Shown one piece after another: positions 60,820 through 64,000 of a stretch of DNA of 64,000 nucleotides. The position numbers and the translations under genes were made by a program. The notes beneath the pieces are model-generated. The model was not told the origin of the DNA, made no database searches, and worked only from the letters and a program-made list of their open reading frames with translations. Each line of letters opens with the position of its first letter. Within the stretch, counting starts at the first letter, position 1. The DNA lies in NCBI GenBank assembly GCA_951804945.1, contig OX638160.1, forward strand, positions 40,176,001 through 40,240,000, written 5' to 3'. The DNA comes from Podarcis cretensis. Its lineage: Eukaryota.

Positions 60820-63103
60820 AGTGTCATCGACCGACCTTGGCTGATAGGCAGCCACATTTAGGAGCAGCTGAAGATTTCGAACTTATTTTCAAGGGCAGTT
60901 CTACAGTGCAGCACGTTGCATCCAGTTTGGATCTTGATGTTTTCATTAATTTCTGTGCCTAAGCCATTGGTTCCCACTGTCAAGGCCAGACTGTCCCTTG
61001 TAAATAATGTATAGAACCCAAGAGGAATAATGATATGGAGTTTAAATATGGACATAACCTATTAGAGTAAGCAGACTAGCTAGTGCAGGGATGCCTTCTA
61101 ATTGCTTTGTTCAGGCTCCTTCTAAATCTCCTAATCAATGCAATAGCCATCGCTTCTCTAAAGACGGTACCAGAGACTAATACATCTTTCCATGATGTTC
61201 TTCTCCTTGATAATTGGTATTTGTGGGTTTGACCTAAATGCACAGAGCAATCAAAACCCACATTGCACTGGACAATCAACCCCCCCCCCATCTCCCCTGG
61301 CTAAGCTGACCTCCTAGTGGATGGGAGTGCAGTCCTCAGAATGCCCATCAGTGGTACCCAATGGAAGGCCTTCAGGTGGGGTGTCCTGGAAGTGGGGAGA
61401 GTGCAGACCTGTGCTGGCCTGTGATCCTTTCATAGCTGTCATGTGCAGCCACAATTTGTGCCTAATCTGTGTGCCTGTTCCAGGCTGACATGATGTTCTT
61501 ATAGCGCTCTATCTCCTGATCTGGTTGCTACAGGGCTACAATTGCAGCAATAGCTCCATCACTCCATAAAGTCCTGATCAGGAGAGGAAGGTTTTAGTCA
61601 TGTTTTATTCTAATAAAAATCGAGAACTTGAGTTAGTCATGAGTCCTATTCCTTTCAATGAGACTAAAACACAACCATTTCCAGTTATTGCATCACGTAG
61701 TAAACTTGAATATTTCTTTCTCATTACTGTTTAGGGTCTTCAAATGTTTTCTGGAATTGGATATCCATTTAGCACCTGTCTCCCCACCCTCCATCTTCTT
61801 GGCTTCTGAATGTACTGAGAACATCTTGACGCATATATAAATTGCTTGGCAGTAGAAGATTTAAAAATGAAATAGAATGCAACGTGTGGTGACCTGCATC
61901 TCTATGAATGTGCCCAGGGAAGGAAGCTTTAGAAAATGCTTTTAGAACATCAAATTTCAATAGGAAGGACATGTAGAGAGAAAGTCACGTTGTTCCTACC
62001 CAACTCTGAAATCCACTTATTGGTTAATTCATTCAGGTCTGGATATGATCTACTGGAAATTATGTGAGGCAGTTTCTGCTTAGCCAAACATTTGGTAGTA
62101 CACATACTTTTAATATATATGGGTGGTGGTGGTGGTAGGGATAATCTTTGGCTCTCAAAATGCTACTGGAGAACAGGTCCTATCATACTTGACCACTGGC
62201 TATGCTGTCTGGGGCTGATTCCAACCACAACTGAAGAGCTACAGGTTCCCTATTCATGGTTCACACACACAAATACACACACAAATTGTTCAAAGTATAG
62301 CAAACTAGTCTAAGCCTTAGTGATGGGAAGAGAGGGTATTTAAAACTTGAAGTGTGATTAAATGAATACTTCTTTTGTATTATAGGCCATTAATTGTCAG
62401 GTCCACTGTGAGGAGAACTGTGTGCATGGAAGAATGTCAGAACTATCTGAAATAAACTACAAAGATAAGAGAAACTTACTAGGAGCCATTAAGCCAACCA
62501 AAAGCATGGCCTACTCATATCAGACTTGTTAAAGCAACACCTCACCAACCACATTGTTTCTTCATAAGTGATTACAGTGTGCTTTCCAATGCAAGCTCAA
62601 AGACTTATAAGGAAATAAATAATGCTGAAATTAAAAATGACAAGTCTGTAGTGATATGCTGCCCTTAGCATATAGATGATCTAATGTGAACACTTGGAAG
62701 CATTTATATTGGCATTATAGACAGTTACCCAATGGGGGATACTCAAGTTCTGGACTATATTCCTAAATCTCTTTTGACAGGTTTTGAATTCTGTGTAATT
62801 TCAATAATGCCGCTTCTGATGCTGTAACCGTTTCGATGCTACTTTCATTCCACGCTTTAATTTTGTTTATAATTGCTTTTGTATAGACAGTTTTAATTCT
62901 TTCTTATCAAAAACAATGCGCTGTTTTCCTGTGTAGGTTTATATATGAATTTCAATGTATCCATGTGCTCAAAGGCCACAAAACCATATGCTTGCATCCT
63001 TAGGGTATGGGAGAAATAACAGTATTTTTTCTTTCCCTCCATCTCTCTCCTCCCGCCTCTCTCTCTCACACATCTTATTACTTTGCTGTTTTATAGATTA
63101 GAG

Positions 63104-63590
63104 CAGAGGTTTTCAACCTTTTTGAGTCCATGGCTCCCTTGACCAGCTACGTTCTTTCTGCAGCACCCCTGTGGGGCTCAGGAGCCTGGTTGTGTCACCC
63201 CTTGCTTGCAGAGCTGGCAGCTCCTCACCCCTTTTTGAACACCCTCCCTTGTGGAATGTTCCCTCAGCCCTCCTCTCCACGCTCTTTGGAGTCCTCTGGG
63301 CAGCCGCAGCTGCTGACCCTGGTCTCTGAGCTGCCCAGCCGCCTCCAAAAGAGGTGTCTCCTCCCACTGCCCCACAGGGGTCTGGGAAGCACTTCCTGGC
63401 CAGCCCCAGAGGCACCATTCACCTGGGGAGCTTGTAGCCAGGGCTGCTGCAACAAACACCTGTGCAAGACTTTGGGAGGCAGAGATGTGAGAGGGCATCA
63501 GAGGAGGGAGGGAAGGAAAGATGGCCAGCGGCCAGTGTTACCCATGGCACCCCTGACCATCATTCAAGGCACCCTGGTTGAAAACCACCG
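63104..63590. mobile_element. hAT (Charlie-like) non-autonomous element
   Basis: TIRs cagaggttttcaacc / ggttgaaaaccaccg and TSD gattagag / aattagag (7/8). Confidence 0.85.
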
Positions 63591-64000
63591 AATTAGAGAA
63601 TTGCCAGTGTGGTGCTTGAAGGAACTCATGGTTCCATTTAAGGTTCAGCTTCAGCTTGTTGGTTGCTGGGGCTGCATTTAGACCTATTTTCTCCAACTGA
63701 CAGCCTAGGTGCTGCTCTGAGGTATTCAGGGTTCTACCTGCTTCGCCTGTTTGCCTGTCTTTGGGACCTTAACCTCTTGCTTGCCTGACTTTGCCTTGCT
63801 GGAACCTTTCTCTGCTCCATCTGTCTTTGTTTACTGGGTCCTGAACTGAGACTCAATGGTTTGTGACCTTTGGACCCTAGAATATATGCCTAGCACCCAC
63901 ACCCCTTGGGCTGGAATCTTGTCTTCTGGTTGGGGCTATCTCCTGGCACAGGTCAGGTGAAGACTGTGGAGGGTTGTCAGGGAGCTAATGTTTCTGAGAT

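Noticed and set aside
61076-61291. ORF with C..C..LGQT..L.RR..REA.AI reminiscent of a GIY-YIG nuclease
   Set aside because: The motif spacing is too short, the YIG and EH residues are missing, and there is no adjacent RT.
63130-63681. 183-aa ORF, and overlapping ORFs at 17021-17575 and 39137-39622
   Set aside because: They lie in GC-rich non-autonomous repeats where stop codons are rare, and show no transposase or other motifs.

Overview
This is vertebrate genomic DNA, not prokaryotic. The repeat complement points to a lacertid lizard: Sauria/Squam1 SINEs with (ACCTTT)n tails, Squam3-type SINEs with (TTC)n tails, BovB LINEs with (CAA)n tails, CR1 and L2. The species cannot be fixed from the sequence. 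I found no recognisable host protein-coding exon, rRNA or intact tRNA gene, so the window looks intergenic or deep-intronic. It has two assembly gaps. The only clearly protein-like ORFs are retrotransposon fragments (BovB RT, CR1, L2). The window holds a dense, nested TE record: 7 BovB 3' fragments, 10 Sauria SINEs, 6 solo LTRs with 5-bp TSDs, Tc1/pogo-, hAT- and Harbinger-like MITEs, a Penelope end with a minimal hammerhead core, and a structured DIRS-like element. TE-free AT-rich blocks lie between them and could be conserved non-coding elements. The most notable observations are: (1) a solo LTR integrated exactly across the first base of a tRNA-derived SINE, which is reminiscent of Ty3-type Pol III targeting; (2) two different LTRs that both carry an in-register ORF starting at LTR base 2 with a shared architecture; (3) a hAT MITE carrying TTAGGG repeats, inserted at the terminus of a relative; (4) recurrent locally templated filler DNA at LINE 5' junctions. 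Family names come from recall of consensus features and were not checked against a database.
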